Below are positions 44,813 through 54,351 of a stretch of 64,000 nucleotides of DNA, in pieces. Each line of letters begins with the position of its first letter. The first letter of the stretch is position 1. A program made the translations under genes and the position numbers. Origin of the DNA: Parachlamydiales bacterium (GTDB lineage Bacteria > Chlamydiota > Chlamydiia > Chlamydiales > JAEMRK01); the NCBI GenBank assembly GCA_016463375.1, contig JAEMRK010000002.1, positions 259 to 64,258 of the forward strand, read 5' to 3'. The notes beneath the pieces were generated by a model. The model ran no database searches. It worked only from the letters and a program-made list of their open reading frames with translations, and had not been told where the DNA came from.

Positions 44813-46143
44813 CATCCTCTCCGTTACAAACGCCTTACATGTCGCCTAAACCATCTGAAGAAGAGTTTAGTCAGCTTTTTGAAAAATTTTATCAATATCA
44901 ACAAAACCAATCTCCTTTAGCTCTGCTAAAAGAAAAATGGTGGTTAAAATTTTTAGAAAAAGGATTTCCTGATCGCCGTAATGATGCATTTCGATATCTA
45001 CCACTATCACAACTGTACCATCATTTGTTCGTTATGGAAGAACCTGCAAAATCTCTTCCACAAATTCCAACGATGCCAAAAAATGCTGCTGCGCAATTTG
45101 TTTTTGTAAATGGTGTATTTATACCCTCTTTATCTCAAACAGATAAATTGCCCTCATCTTTGTACTTTGCACCACTATCGAGTGCTTTAAGAACATATGG
45201 TGCATTTATTCAAAATCGCACAGCAATGCTTTTGAAAAATGAAAATGACCCATTTGCTTGCTTAAATGGAGCTCTGCAAACAGAACCTTTATTTTTATAT
45301 TGTCCTCCAAAAGTCATTGTAGAAGAGCCTATTGTTATTCTTAATTATGTGACAAAAGGAGAAGCTCCTTTATGCGTTGCTCCACGCATACAACTTTTTG
45401 CAGGTAAAGAAGCACAACTACAGTTGAGCTGCATGACAATTTCTGAAAATGAACGTTCATATTTTTCAAATCAGCTGATCGACATCGCTTTGGAAGAAAA
45501 TGCTCAGCTACATTTATCTCTTATTGAAACACCTCCTGCTCATGCTTGGTCATTCCAAAGCATTAGGGCGCAACTCAAACGTAATAGTCGCTTCACTTCT
45601 ACTAGCGGTAGTAGTGGTAGTAAAACGCACCGACAAAGTTATCACGCTATATTACTTGAAGAGAATGCACAGTGTGACCTCAACGGTCTTTGGATGAACA
45701 AAGATCAGTGCCAAACACATACACACGTATTGATTGAGCATCTAGCTCCTCATTGTCAATCTAGACAGTTATTTAAAGGCGCTTTGACTGATCAAAGCAG
45801 ATCTAGCTTTGAAGGCAAAATTTACGTGCATTCAGAAGCTCAAAAAACAGACGCTTTCCAACGTAATAATAATCTCATCTTGTCGAATCAAGCAATTGCT
45901 TACAGCAAACCAAACCTTGAGATTTTAGCAGATGATGTTAAAGCATCTCACGGAGCCACTTTTGGACAACTTAGTGAAAATGAGCTTTTCTATTTGCAAA
46001 CTAGAGGTTTGTCAAAAAGCCTTGCTTCAAAGCTTTTAATAAAGGGCTTCACAGACGAAATAGTTGATCAACTTCCATTACCTCAAATGCAAGCCGCAAT
46101 GGCTGTTGCTATTGCTCAGGTATGTGAAAAGACTTGTGGTTGA
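44809..46143 (+). CDS. sufD: Fe-S cluster assembly protein SufD
   Basis: SufB/D-family C-terminal beta-helix (LADDVKASHGATFGQLSENELFYLQTRGL). GTG start overlapping the sufC stop (GTGTGA). Confidence 0.9.
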   Translation: MTSSPLQTPYMSPKPSEEEFSQLFEKFYQYQQNQSPLALLKEKWWLKFLEKGFPDRRNDAFRYLPLSQLYHHLFVMEEPAKSLPQIPTMPKNAAAQFVFVNGVFIPSLSQTDKLPSSLYFAPLSSALRTYGAFIQNRTAMLLKNENDPFACLNGALQTEPLFLYCPPKVIVEEPIVILNYVTKGEAPLCVAPRIQLFAGKEAQLQLSCMTISENERSYFSNQLIDIALEENAQLHLSLIETPPAHAWSFQSIRAQLKRNSRFTSTSGSSGSKTHRQSYHAILLEENAQCDLNGLWMNKDQCQTHTHVLIEHLAPHCQSRQLFKGALTDQSRSSFEGKIYVHSEAQKTDAFQRNNNLILSNQAIAYSKPNLEILADDVKASHGATFGQLSENELFYLQTRGLSKSLASKLLIKGFTDEIVDQLPLPQMQAAMAVAIAQVCEKTCG

Positions 46144-46144
46144 T

Positions 46145-47350
46145 ATGAAGCATCGCGCTGATTTTCCCATGATCAAGCAATTGATACATGGGCACCCTCT
46201 TTTATATTTGGATTCAGCCGCGACAACTTTAAAACCGCAAGTGGTCATTGATACGTTAAAGAAATATTACGAAGAAGAGTGTGGCACCGTTCATCGCGCG
46301 ATTTATTATCTTGCAGCCAATGCAACGCGCGCTTACGACCAAGTTCGTCAAAAGGTGCAACACTTTTTAAATGCTAAGTCTTCAAACGAAATTATTTTTA
46401 CAAAAGGCACTACAGAAAGCATCAACTTGGTAGCTGACTGTTTTGGAAGAGCCTTTATTAAAGAAAATGATGAAATACTCATCGGCCAATTAGAGCATCA
46501 TTCCAACATCGTACCGTGGCAGATGATGGCTGATAAGCAAAAAGCAAAACTTATAGTTATACCAGCAGATGTTAATGGTAATTATTGCTTAGAGAGCTTA
46601 AAAAAATTACTAACGAATAGAACACAAATTGTATCTTTTGCGCATATTAGCAATTCGATTGGAACTATACACCCGATAAAAGAAATGATTGAGCTAGCGC
46701 ATCTCAAAGGTGCTAAAGTTTTTATCGATGCAGCTCAAAGTGCACCACATATTCCAATAGACGTCCAAGATCTCGATGTCGATTTTTTAGCATTTTCGGG
46801 CCATAAAATTTATGGACCAACAGGTGTTGGTATTCTGTACGGTAAAGCAGAACTGCTTGATCAGCTCCCCCCTTATCAAGGTGGCGGTGATATGATAGAG
46901 CAAGTCTCTTTTGAAAAAACGACTTACGCTCCAATACCTTCAAGATTCGAAGCTGGAACACCAATGATTGCATCAGTTTTAGCATTAGGTGCAGCTATCG
47001 ATTACATTAATTCAATTGGGTTTTCAAAAATTGTAGACCATGAGCATAACCTTTTTTTATTATTAAAAGATCAGCTCAAATCTATTAATGAAGTGCAGCT
47101 AATAGGCCGCCCTAGATTTCAAAGTGGCATTGTGAGCTTTATTGTTCCAACGGTTCATTCTTTAGATATTGCTACTTTGTTAGATACTAAAGGCATCGCC
47201 ATACGATCTGGTCATCATTGCTCACAACCAACAATGAACCATTTTGGTATCACCCATTCTTTAAGAGCATCTGTTGGTATTTATAATACTGAAGAAGAAA
47301 TCATTCACTTTGCAAATGAACTCAAAAATATAATTCATATTCTTAAATAG
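46145..47350 (+). CDS. sufS: Cysteine desulfurase SufS (class II aminotransferase V)
   Basis: PLP-lysine motif FSGHKIYGPTGVGILYG and catalytic Cys loop RSGHHCSQP. ATG at 46145 starts 1 nt after the sufD stop; the track's 46064 start is an in-frame upstream extension. Confidence 0.95.
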   Translation: MKHRADFPMIKQLIHGHPLLYLDSAATTLKPQVVIDTLKKYYEEECGTVHRAIYYLAANATRAYDQVRQKVQHFLNAKSSNEIIFTKGTTESINLVADCFGRAFIKENDEILIGQLEHHSNIVPWQMMADKQKAKLIVIPADVNGNYCLESLKKLLTNRTQIVSFAHISNSIGTIHPIKEMIELAHLKGAKVFIDAAQSAPHIPIDVQDLDVDFLAFSGHKIYGPTGVGILYGKAELLDQLPPYQGGGDMIEQVSFEKTTYAPIPSRFEAGTPMIASVLALGAAIDYINSIGFSKIVDHEHNLFLLLKDQLKSINEVQLIGRPRFQSGIVSFIVPTVHSLDIATLLDTKGIAIRSGHHCSQPTMNHFGITHSLRASVGIYNTEEEIIHFANELKNIIHILK

Positions 47351-47356
47351 ACATTC

Positions 47357-48181
47357 TTAAGCAGGCACGGCAACTGTTTGAATTAAACTTGTTAAAGACT
47401 TCAACCAGACTAATGGTTCAATGCCGAACCGATCAATGATCAAAAGCCATGCTGCCCATAACGCCAGATCCCCTAAATAAGCATTTAAGCTCATACCCAA
47501 GAAAGTAATCTGAACTTGTGGTGCTAATCTATTCATGATCCCTAAAAAGACGTTGGACATCAAAATCATCAATAAAGATGGCGCAGCCATCTGGCATGAC
47601 AATGATGTTAGATAGGTCAGTAACCCAACAATTGTTGTCCAAAACGCTGAGTCTAACTGAAAAAAACTAGCCATCGGAAAAATATCGGGTGGAATCGACT
47701 GGTAAGATTTCATTACGCTATCTAAAAACAGAAATGGCCCATCGATTGAAAAAAATACAACAATCATCATGTAGTTATAAAAAAGACCAATTGATGATAC
47801 TTGAGAGCTCGTCGTTGGATCATTAACCATTAAGCTCGACGAGCCTCTTTGGTGATCGATAACAATACCTGCCATTTGGGCAATCGAAAATGGAACAGTG
47901 CTTAAAAAACCTAAGATAAATCCAATTATTATCTCTTTAAAAGCAAAAGCCACAAGTGTTGAATCAAATGTAAGCTCAACCTTTGTAATATGCATTAAAA
48001 AGGGCATAAATATAGCTGCAAGCGCAATACTTAAACCGACTTTTGCACGTACAGGCATAACCTTGGCGCCAAAGAAAGGAGCCATAGCTACGATTGGCAT
48101 AATGCGTGCTAATGTCAAAAAAAAGAGCGAGACGAAATATAAGGGCTTGGCAGCAATAGCCACCAAATAGTTTGGTGTCAT
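47357..48181 (-). CDS. sctT: Type III secretion export-apparatus protein SctT (CdsT/YscT)
   Basis: Polytopic, about 270 aa, last gene of a sctR-S-T run. Typical SctT/FliR hydrophobic pattern. Confidence 0.88.
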   Translation of the reverse strand: MTPNYLVAIAAKPLYFVSLFFLTLARIMPIVAMAPFFGAKVMPVRAKVGLSIALAAIFMPFLMHITKVELTFDSTLVAFAFKEIIIGFILGFLSTVPFSIAQMAGIVIDHQRGSSSLMVNDPTTSSQVSSIGLFYNYMMIVVFFSIDGPFLFLDSVMKSYQSIPPDIFPMASFFQLDSAFWTTIVGLLTYLTSLSCQMAAPSLLMILMSNVFLGIMNRLAPQVQITFLGMSLNAYLGDLALWAAWLLIIDRFGIEPLVWLKSLTSLIQTVAVPA

Positions 48182-48202
48182 TTATTGTCCAAGGTATTCA
48201 GT

Positions 48203-48472
48203 TCACGACTTCCATTGAAAAAAGTGTAAAAAGATATTAGAAGCAAATTGCATGATGGCGCCACCGAGCCAACTTCCCATCAAAATTATTGTTAAAATTA
48301 CTGCAATGAGTTTGATCACAAAAGATAATGTCTGCTCTTGAATCTGTGTAGCAGCTTGAAAAACAGCGACAACTAAACCCAAAATCATACTAATTAAAAT
48401 GGGTGGCCCAGATAGTATCAAAATCAGCAGTAACGCTTGATAAGAGAGTTGAATTATATGCGCTTTCATCAA
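48203..48472 (-). CDS. sctS: Type III secretion export-apparatus protein SctS (CdsS/YscS)
   Basis: 89-aa two-helix hairpin protein with the family motif VVAVFQAATQIQEQTLSFV(I)KL. Confidence 0.9.
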   Translation of the reverse strand: MMKAHIIQLSYQALLLILILSGPPILISMILGLVVAVFQAATQIQEQTLSFVIKLIAVILTIILMGSWLGGAIMQFASNIFLHFFQWKS

Positions 48473-49330
48473 TTACCTATAGGTGAGGACCAAGCCTTGG
48501 ATTAAAACTGTCCAACCATCAAGCATAACCAATAGCAAAAGCTTCAGCGGCAAGGATATACTTAAAGGAGATAACATCATCATACCCATCGCTAATAAGA
48601 TATTTGATGTGACAAGGTCGATGACAAAAAACGGTAAATAAATCAGCACGCCAATCTCATAAGCCGCTTTCAACTGACTAATAATGTAAGAGGGTACCAG
48701 TACTAAAAAGTCTGTAGGTTTTAAATCTTGCTTAACCTGAGCTGGTAAAACTTTCTGAGCTAATTTGTAAAAACTTTTTAAATTACTCGCTTGCGTATTT
48801 CTTTCTAAAAAAGATCTTAAGGGTTCTTTGGCATGGTCAACGACATTAATCAAATAAGCTGCAGATTGTCCTGATACAAGTTCAGTTGGCGCTGGCTGCA
48901 TGGCACCTTTAGCAGCTTCATACATCGCTATACCAGTCGGATACATCACATACAAGCTCATAATCAGAGCAAGCCCGTTAATGACTTGGTTAGGTGGTGA
49001 CTGCTGAATACCCAAGGCATTCCTTAAAATCGATAACACAACAGCAATCTTAATATAAGCTGTAAGCAAAATCACAAGATAAGGTAGCAAAGCTACAAAA
49101 GTTAATGCTGCCGCTTGAGTAATCATTGAGGGAGCTTGACCCTCAGCATTTTGTAAAAGCGGGTTTAATGCATCTGGAATAGTCGGTGTAACGACAGGAG
49201 CTGGCGCTACTATCGTTTGATTAGTAACTTGCTGCGGCATCGAAGATATCGCATATAAAGGCTGTGCTAGACAAGGAAAAGCGACCATCAATATGATGAG
49301 CCAAAATTTCTTAATTTGCGTACATTTCAT
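48473..49330 (-). CDS. sctR: Type III secretion export-apparatus protein SctR (CdsR/YscR)
   Basis: FliP/SctR core (ILRNALGIQQSPPNQVINGLALIMSLYVM...PFFVIDLVTSNILLAMGMMMLSP). An N-terminal extension of about 65 aa carries a signal-like helix. Directly abuts sctS with a 0-nt gap. Confidence 0.9.
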   Translation of the reverse strand: MKCTQIKKFWLIILMVAFPCLAQPLYAISSMPQQVTNQTIVAPAPVVTPTIPDALNPLLQNAEGQAPSMITQAAALTFVALLPYLVILLTAYIKIAVVLSILRNALGIQQSPPNQVINGLALIMSLYVMYPTGIAMYEAAKGAMQPAPTELVSGQSAAYLINVVDHAKEPLRSFLERNTQASNLKSFYKLAQKVLPAQVKQDLKPTDFLVLVPSYIISQLKAAYEIGVLIYLPFFVIDLVTSNILLAMGMMMLSPLSISLPLKLLLLVMLDGWTVLIQGLVLTYR

Positions 49331-49340
49331 GAAAATATGC

Positions 49341-49958
49341 CTAAAGTAAATTTTTTAGTGCAGCCTCCAATGCTTGCCACTGTTTTTCTAATTGCACAGT
49401 CACAATACCCTCTTCGGTCTCGATGACACAATCACCAGGAGGGATGCTGTCTCTTTCGCGCAATGTGAGATTTTCTAACTTTTCCATACCCTCTTTCAAT
49501 TTGCTTTTTTGTGCTTCTAACTGCTGCATATCACTTTTGCAAACGTAGATGGTAATTAACTTATTATGAGCTACAGATTTTAGAGCTTGTCGAACGATAT
49601 CGACTATGACGGCAGGATCGTTTTCCATTTCTCTAGCGACTATTCTTTTAGCCGCAGTCATCGCAGCTGGAACAATCATGGCCTCTAACTCCGCTTTTAC
49701 TTTCTTAGTTTGTTCTTCTAAATAAGAAACTTGCTGAGCCCATTTTTTGAGACCTTCTTCAAAACCTGCATTCTGTGCAGTTTGAGATAATAATTCCATT
49801 TCTTTAACTACAGACTCTTTGTATTGCTTTGCATCTTCAGCCAATTGATCTAATAGATTTTTAGAGTCTAAAATAGTTGAGAAATCTTTGGCTGCAATTA
49901 ACTTTTTTCCAGGGGCTAAATCCACATTCTGTTTATTCATCAGTGTAAATAGTGCCAC
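49341..49958 (-). CDS. sctL: Type III secretion stator protein SctL (CdsL/YscL, FliH-like)
   Basis: 205-aa helical protein with the FliH/YscL-type central region (EEGLKKWAQQVSYLEEQ...AAKRIVAREMENDPAVIVDIVRQAL). Located between the sctK-position gene and sctR. GTG start. Confidence 0.8.
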   Translation of the reverse strand: MALFTLMNKQNVDLAPGKKLIAAKDFSTILDSKNLLDQLAEDAKQYKESVVKEMELLSQTAQNAGFEEGLKKWAQQVSYLEEQTKKVKAELEAMIVPAAMTAAKRIVAREMENDPAVIVDIVRQALKSVAHNKLITIYVCKSDMQQLEAQKSKLKEGMEKLENLTLRERDSIPPGDCVIETEEGIVTVQLEKQWQALEAALKNLL

Positions 49959-49973
49959 GCCTTACCTCTTAAA

Positions 49974-50822
49974 TTAATTTTTATTTCTTTTTAGTAATGC
50001 AGTAAGTTGTGCAATTGCTCTTGCAGACGTTGGATCTTCTAATTGAGCCGACCATCTTTCAATTTGCTGTCCCCGACCTTTGTCAAGCCGTCTTGTAAAG
50101 TGCCATAGCCATTCACTATCTTGTCTTGATAACGCAAGACCTAAACGCTTTAAACCACTTTCTTGGATTCGTCTTGCAAATTGAACAGGATCATTAGCAA
50201 AATTCAGTAGCTGAGTCTTATCTCTTGAGCCATCGTTAGGTTGGCGCATACAAAAACTCAAATACTCGCCTTCTTCTTTAGTTAAAAGGTGATAAATTTG
50301 AGAAATACGGTTTTTATCAACGATCACTAAAAGTTCTTTAGCTAAATCATGTAAACCCAGTTTTTGTATAAGAACAACTAGATCTGATTTATTCATTGTT
50401 AAAAGCTCATCTAATGAGCTTTCTGGCAATAAACTAAAAGGCACATGATCTTCGAGATGTAGTGAGTGAGCTAGTAGTTTTTTTAAATAACTTTTAGTTC
50501 CTGACGGCAATACTGGTAATTTTGTTTGAAATTGAATGAGTCTAGTCAGACCCTCTTTTTGCTTTTGATCAAGACTTGCAACGAATAAAGGAAAAATCCT
50601 ACTTGAATAACTTTGAATACCATCTAATAACCAAGAATAATGCATTTCATCAATTAGATAAGAAAATCCTAGAGATGATTTTTCAAAGTTAAAATTTTTT
50701 TTAGGAGAACCAGCAGATTGCATTCGTTTTTGCCACTCTTGGGGCAAAAACTTTAAAGCTTCATTATTTCCATTATGTTGTAAAGCTAACGCATTGATCA
50801 TCAGCGCGGTTTTACGTTCCAT
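49974..50822 (-). CDS. Protein in the SctK position (between sctJ and sctL); chlamydial CT560-like
   Basis: Assignment is positional (yscJ-K-L order in other T3SS). Soluble helical protein of about 280 aa. The start is ambiguous (ATG at 50840, 50822 or 50801); 50822 has GAGGA about 11 nt upstream. Confidence 0.5.
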   Translation of the reverse strand: MERKTALMINALALQHNGNNEALKFLPQEWQKRMQSAGSPKKNFNFEKSSLGFSYLIDEMHYSWLLDGIQSYSSRIFPLFVASLDQKQKEGLTRLIQFQTKLPVLPSGTKSYLKKLLAHSLHLEDHVPFSLLPESSLDELLTMNKSDLVVLIQKLGLHDLAKELLVIVDKNRISQIYHLLTKEEGEYLSFCMRQPNDGSRDKTQLLNFANDPVQFARRIQESGLKRLGLALSRQDSEWLWHFTRRLDKGRGQQIERWSAQLEDPTSARAIAQLTALLKRNKN

Positions 50823-51774
50823 TAGGATTTTTATCCTCATCGTCTTCGGCTTCGTCTTCGTCGATGTCTTCTTCTAATGGGGGAACTTCTTGAACTGGCA
50901 CTTCTTCAGTTTTGGGTTCTAATGTCATCGATTTTAAACTCACTAGATTTTTCCAATTATCTTTGGATAAAACAGGCATGAGTTTCCAAACTAACCAACC
51001 TAAAGCAGCGAGTAGGAAAATTAATAAAATACTAAAAGTGACTAATATAGTGCGCATACGTCCCGTGCTATCACTAGCAACTGTAATACCCCAGACGCTT
51101 AGGAGTTCTTTATTTTCAATAGACAGTGATAAGTCATCGCTAGAAGTCACATCCATATAGCGAGCCCGATCAGACACGACGGTCACGTTTTCAATTCTAA
51201 GTCCTGTGACGCTACTAGCTACAAGCTGTTGAATTTTAGTGATTAAATGGCTGTTAGGATTATCCATAACACCTTGATGTTTAATCAATACAGAGGCTGT
51301 AATAGGTCCGGTAGTGTCGGCCGGTGGGTAAGAAACAATAACGTCAGCATCAAGAACTCCGTCAATTTTACGAAGGGTTGATGCAATTTGTTGAGATAAA
51401 CCAGCATGATAGCGAATTTGTTCTTCTAAATCTGTTGGTACAAGGCCTGGTTGTCCAAAAATATCTAATAAAGTTGTGCCACTGGGTCTTGGTAAACCAT
51501 TACGATTTAAAATTGACATCGCATCGGTTGCTTGTGATGGGTCAACTGCAATATTATACATGATAGCAACAGGTCCTGTAACTGCAGATGTTTCGCTACC
51601 AGAAGATGAAACGACTTTTTCAGCGATAATGCCTTTGCTGGCCAAGAAAACAACGATTTCGTTGGCTTGTTGTTCATCAACATCGTTGACAATAGTCAAT
51701 TGACTACTACATCCTGTTAAACCAACAACTAGCATTAATAATGCTATAAAAGAAAAAAATGTTCTAAAAGACAT
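50812..51774 (-). CDS. sctJ: Type III secretion inner-membrane ring lipoprotein SctJ (CdsJ/YscJ)
   Basis: Lipobox LTG|CSS, followed by the YscJ/PrgK family start (QLTIVNDVDEQQANEIVVFLASKGI), a C-terminal TM segment (ILVTFSILLIFLLAALGWLVW) and an acidic tail. Confidence 0.9.
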   Translation of the reverse strand: MSFRTFFSFIALLMLVVGLTGCSSQLTIVNDVDEQQANEIVVFLASKGIIAEKVVSSSGSETSAVTGPVAIMYNIAVDPSQATDAMSILNRNGLPRPSGTTLLDIFGQPGLVPTDLEEQIRYHAGLSQQIASTLRKIDGVLDADVIVSYPPADTTGPITASVLIKHQGVMDNPNSHLITKIQQLVASSVTGLRIENVTVVSDRARYMDVTSSDDLSLSIENKELLSVWGITVASDSTGRMRTILVTFSILLIFLLAALGWLVWKLMPVLSKDNWKNLVSLKSMTLEPKTEEVPVQEVPPLEEDIDEDEAEDDEDKNPNGT

Positions 51775-52046
51775 CGTGATTTGGACTCACTTTCTATTGA
51801 GTACTAAAGGAATTACATTCCGTTATAATTCTTTATGATTTTTCTCACACTAACACATATCTTGATTTAAATTGTAGGGTATCTTCTCCAAAAACAGCGT
51901 ATTGGTAATAAAATTGTTCATTAGTTAGTAAAAGTGTCTTGTTTGAAAAATAGATAAGTATGTAGATCTCATCATAGGAACACATCTATATAAATTTATT
52001 TGAAGACGACATTTCATTTTATTTAATTATACCAATTGTAAAACTT

Positions 52047-53468
52047 ATGGCTCTAACAAAATACCCTGAAGGATCATTAAAAGAACTTTGTGGGGTATCT
52101 ATTCCACTTGTTCTTTTCTCTTTCTCCAGCGTGTTAATGTTTTTCTTGGATCGACTATTTCTAGCGCGATACAGTCTGGATGCGCTCAATGCAGTTTCTA
52201 ACGGCGGGACCCTAATGTGGGGATTTGCTACTGGTTTTTACATTCTGGCCTCTATGGCTGAAGTTTTTGTCGCACAATTTAATGGTGCAGGTCTAAGCCA
52301 TAAATTGGGACAACCCGTATGGCAAATGATTTGGTTTTCTCTGTTATCTATTTTCTTTTTTGTACCTATTGCACATTGGGGTACAGAGATGATTTATAAA
52401 GGATCGTTGAATGAAGAAATGACATCCAGATATTTTGCTTGGATGATGTACTCAGGCGCTACTTGGCCCTTAATCGCTGCACTATCTGCTTTTTTTATTG
52501 GGCAAGGTAAAACAAAAGTCATTATTTATTTGATCGTTGTCGCCAATATTTCAAACATTATTTTGGATGTGGTATTTATATTTGGAATTGAAGGCATAAT
52601 ACCTTCAATGGGTATAATTGGTGCAGCATTAAGCTCTGTTATTAATCAATCAGTTCAGATTATATTTTTAAGTTATCTTTTTTTAAAAAAGAGTAACCGT
52701 GTTCTTTATGGAACAGGTGATTGGAAATTTAGACCTGCATTATTTCGCAAATGCTTTCGCATTGGCTTTCCCCAAGCCTTATTAGAAACTTTTGTTGTTC
52801 TTGGCTGGGCAGCTTATTACCGCATAATGACAGAAGCTGGCGTTGCTTTTATTACCATCGCATCAATTTGCCACAGTATCTTTTTACTATTTTCTTTCAT
52901 CGGTGAAGGAATTTATAAAGGTGTTGCTGCCATTTCAGGTAATTTTATAGGCGCTAAAAAATTAAAATATATTCCGAAAGTATTTAGATCAGGTGTTAAA
53001 TTTCACTTAGTTTGTTTTGTTCTGATTTCAACAGTAATGTTGATTTATCCAGAACCTCTCATCAACCAATTTTTACCAGTCCCAGAACCCTATGAAACAC
53101 CTCTCATTTTTACATTTGGCCAAGGCAATTTAACGCAGCATGAATTTGTTCAGCAACTAAGGGTTTGTTTAGCATTCATGCTATTTTATCTATTATTTGA
53201 AAATATTTCTTGGGTTTTTTCAGGAATACTTAGCGCAGCTGGCGATACAATGTATATTTTTATAGCTGGCTCAATATCCATTTGGGTCTTCTTAATAACC
53301 CCTATCTACTATTTTGTAGTCGTTAGGGGTAGTAGTGTATGGATTGCCTATCTTATTATGGCAATCTATAGCTTGATTACCTGTTGTTGGTATGGATGGC
53401 GCTACTCAAGAGGCAAATGGAAAAAAATTGATTTGATGGAAAAAGCGATTAAGAGCTCTTGGCACTAG
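52047..53468 (+). CDS. MATE-family multidrug/toxin efflux transporter
   Basis: About 12 TM segments in 473 aa, with a MATE-like N-terminus (LKELCGVSIPLVLFSFSSVLMFFLDRLFLARYSLDALNAV) and an internal duplication. Confidence 0.7.
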   Translation: MALTKYPEGSLKELCGVSIPLVLFSFSSVLMFFLDRLFLARYSLDALNAVSNGGTLMWGFATGFYILASMAEVFVAQFNGAGLSHKLGQPVWQMIWFSLLSIFFFVPIAHWGTEMIYKGSLNEEMTSRYFAWMMYSGATWPLIAALSAFFIGQGKTKVIIYLIVVANISNIILDVVFIFGIEGIIPSMGIIGAALSSVINQSVQIIFLSYLFLKKSNRVLYGTGDWKFRPALFRKCFRIGFPQALLETFVVLGWAAYYRIMTEAGVAFITIASICHSIFLLFSFIGEGIYKGVAAISGNFIGAKKLKYIPKVFRSGVKFHLVCFVLISTVMLIYPEPLINQFLPVPEPYETPLIFTFGQGNLTQHEFVQQLRVCLAFMLFYLLFENISWVFSGILSAAGDTMYIFIAGSISIWVFLITPIYYFVVVRGSSVWIAYLIMAIYSLITCCWYGWRYSRGKWKKIDLMEKAIKSSWH

Positions 53469-54351
53469 GTTTTTTCCACAGTTTTTCAATGAGTTTAAAT
53501 TCGTCAGCTAAAACAGCAGGCGAATTTTTCGCCAGCTCTAAAAAATCTTGGCGATCTTTCGGATCACTTAAAGAGTGGCAAAGAGGAATTAAATAAGCTG
53601 CAATTCGTTTGTAAACAGACATATCAAAACTTTTCAATTCAAGTAACGCCATTGTTGCACTCTCAGCATCATCATTGCTAATTGCAGCAAGCGCCATAGC
53701 GCTACGCTCATTATCTTCAGTAATAGGTCTTGAGCGAAGTACCCTTAATAAAAACTCTGTAGAATAGGGTTTTAATTGTCCAAGTGCGATGAGTATTGCA
53801 TCATCGATCAAAAAATTACTTTTACCTAAAGATTCAAATAATGGGATGATACTGTCTTTGTCTCCTAAACGACCTAAACAAATTGCAGCACGTCCTGGAG
53901 CTAGACCATAACCTGGAAATAAAGGAGAATAAAACGCGTCAGCAACAAGTAGATTTCTTAATGGTGATATCATAATTTCACCTTGCTCTACAATCGCATC
54001 TATTTCTTCTTGAGGATCTTCATTTTCAGAAAGTATTAAGTCAGCTAGCAATTGAGGAGGTATTAAATCATTTTCATAAACTGCTCTGAGTTGTTTATAT
54101 GCCATTCTGGAACGTGCTATCTCTTCCATTTCGGCGCCTAAAAGCATTTCTGCAGCTAAATTATAACCCAACTCTTCTTCAACTTTAGCAAGATAATGAA
54201 TCCGATCAATTGTTAATTCTTCATCAACACCTAAACCCTCTAATTCATAGTAATCGATCATTGTTGGAAAATGACCACCAAAATGGCATTCACGGTGTTT
54301 TAAAATTTCTTTATCTAATTCATCACCCAAATAATATTGCTCTTCATCCAC
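53449..54351 (-). CDS. Hypothetical HEAT-repeat-like protein
   Basis: Helical and acidic. A HEAT_PBS-like unit is present (GRAAICLGRLGDKDSIIPLFESL...ILIALGQL). The start overlaps the lipA stop by 8 nt, so it is probably co-transcribed with lpdA-lipA. Confidence 0.45.
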   Translation of the reverse strand: MDEEQYYLGDELDKEILKHRECHFGGHFPTMIDYYELEGLGVDEELTIDRIHYLAKVEEELGYNLAAEMLLGAEMEEIARSRMAYKQLRAVYENDLIPPQLLADLILSENEDPQEEIDAIVEQGEIMISPLRNLLVADAFYSPLFPGYGLAPGRAAICLGRLGDKDSIIPLFESLGKSNFLIDDAILIALGQLKPYSTEFLLRVLRSRPITEDNERSAMALAAISNDDAESATMALLELKSFDMSVYKRIAAYLIPLCHSLSDPKDRQDFLELAKNSPAVLADEFKLIEKLWKKPSAKSS

